Origin: a virus
Lineage: Duplodnaviria > Heunggongvirae > Uroviricota > Caudoviricetes
IMG/VR virus record: IMGVR_UViG_2695420651_000011
Location: 1-5,860 of that record
Strand: one strand, 5' to 3'
Length of the DNA: 5,860 nucleotides
Below the pieces are notes generated by a model. That model did not search any database, was not told where the DNA came from, and saw only the letters and a list, made by a program, of their open reading frames with translations. Numbering within the stretch: the first letter of the stretch is position 1; each line of letters starts with the position of its first letter. The position numbers and the translations under genes are program-made. Shown here one piece after another: positions 5,421 to 5,860 of the stretch.

Positions 5421-5639
5421 TTAACGTGGGTATGTAATCATTCTGGCAATGCTTAATGCCGCTGCTTTTTCCAGATTGGTGATATCCTGCTCCAGAGCGG
5501 ACAGATTTTCAGCCTGCTTAGCCCTGGCTTCATTGGCCCATTTCAGGTCCTGCACCGCCTTAATTTTCTGGTGCATCCACTCATAAAGTTCATCATCGGT
5601 ATAGTCTGGCGCGATGATGACGGGGTCTCGTTTCTGCAT
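5421..5639 (-). CDS. Hypothetical small protein (72 aa), predicted helical/coiled-coil C-terminal half; first gene of the minus-strand operon
   Basis: SD AGGAG 5 nt upstream of ATG (acaAGGAGccgacATG). Sequence MQKRDPVIIAPDYTDDELYEWMHQKIKAVQDLKWANEARAKQAENLSALEQDITNLEKAAALSIARMITYPR. Its length equals that of Qin YdfC (72 aa) but I cannot confirm sequence identity from memory. Confidence 0.6.
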   Translation of the reverse strand: MQKRDPVIIAPDYTDDELYEWMHQKIKAVQDLKWANEARAKQAENLSALEQDITNLEKAAALSIARMITYPR

Positions 5640-5732
5640 GTCGGCTCCTTGTGGTTAGCGTTGCCTGCTTTTTAACCACGTCAGGCGAGGTGGTATCCTC
5701 TGAGGGGTCTGTTACTCGAGAGGAAATTGGTT
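5640..5732. promoter_or_regulatory. Divergent intergenic region (93 bp) between the minus-strand operon start and the plus-strand zinc-ribbon gene; expected to hold divergent promoters/operators
   Basis: Position between two divergently oriented genes, each with a good SD. I could not pick convincing -35/-10 hexamers by eye (weak candidates only, e.g. TTGCCT at 5660..5665 and TATCCT at 5693..5698). Confidence 0.35.
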
Positions 5733-5860
5733 ATGAATACAATCAAGTTTTCTTGCCCAGAATGTGGTGGCGAAGTCTTTGACACATCCTTTAAGCCGCA
5801 GGGCTCTGACAGTTTCGCGGGAGCCATCTGCAAAAATTGTGGTCACCTTGTAACTGAAGA
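5733..5860 (+). CDS. Small zinc-ribbon protein, N-terminal 42 codons (partial, runs off window end)
   Basis: Manual translation from ATG 5733 gives MNTIKFSCPECGGEVFDTSFKPQGSDSFAGAICKNCGHLVTE, containing CPEC...CKNC (CxxC-N20-CxxC). SD GAGGA 8 nt upstream. Not in the ORF track because no stop occurs in the window. Confidence 0.6.
   Translation, partial: MNTIKFSCPECGGEVFDTSFKPQGSDSFAGAICKNCGHLVTE

Overview
This window reads as the integrase-proximal (early-left) end of a lambdoid, Qin/dicB-type enterobacterial prophage, probably E. coli/Shigella. Nearly all genes are on the minus strand. From left to right: (1) the terminal ~119 bp of an IS3-family insertion sequence (IS629/IS1203-like, recognised from memory) whose terminal TGA now acts as a premature stop for the prophage integrase; (2) the truncated integrase (N-terminal arm-binding and core-binding regions only, catalytic C-terminus missing); (3) a small excisionase-like gene; (4) an 823-aa exonuclease-like protein with a C-terminal DEDDh (DnaQ/oligoribonuclease-like) 3'-5' exonuclease domain, a Cys4 zinc ribbon and a Q/N/E-rich linker; (5) a ydfD-like and dicB-like pair with a 4-bp ATGA start/stop overlap; (6) a DicF-like sRNA with its intrinsic terminator; (7) an ORF-less ~330-nt stretch where the Qin prophage carries ydfA/B/C; (8) an AT-rich cassette with two convergent, 3'-overlapping small genes (77 aa plus strand, 135 aa minus strand) of unknown function; (9) a 72-aa minus-strand gene; (10) a divergent intergenic region and the 5' end of a plus-strand CxxC...CxxC zinc-ribbon gene that runs off the window. 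No tRNA, rRNA or CRISPR array was seen. Family identifications rest on motif recognition and memory of reference sequences, not on searches. My manual base indexing disagreed by 1 nt with the ORF track in one place near 1258-1260, so coordinates derived by arithmetic from the track are preferred and small features may be off by a base or two.
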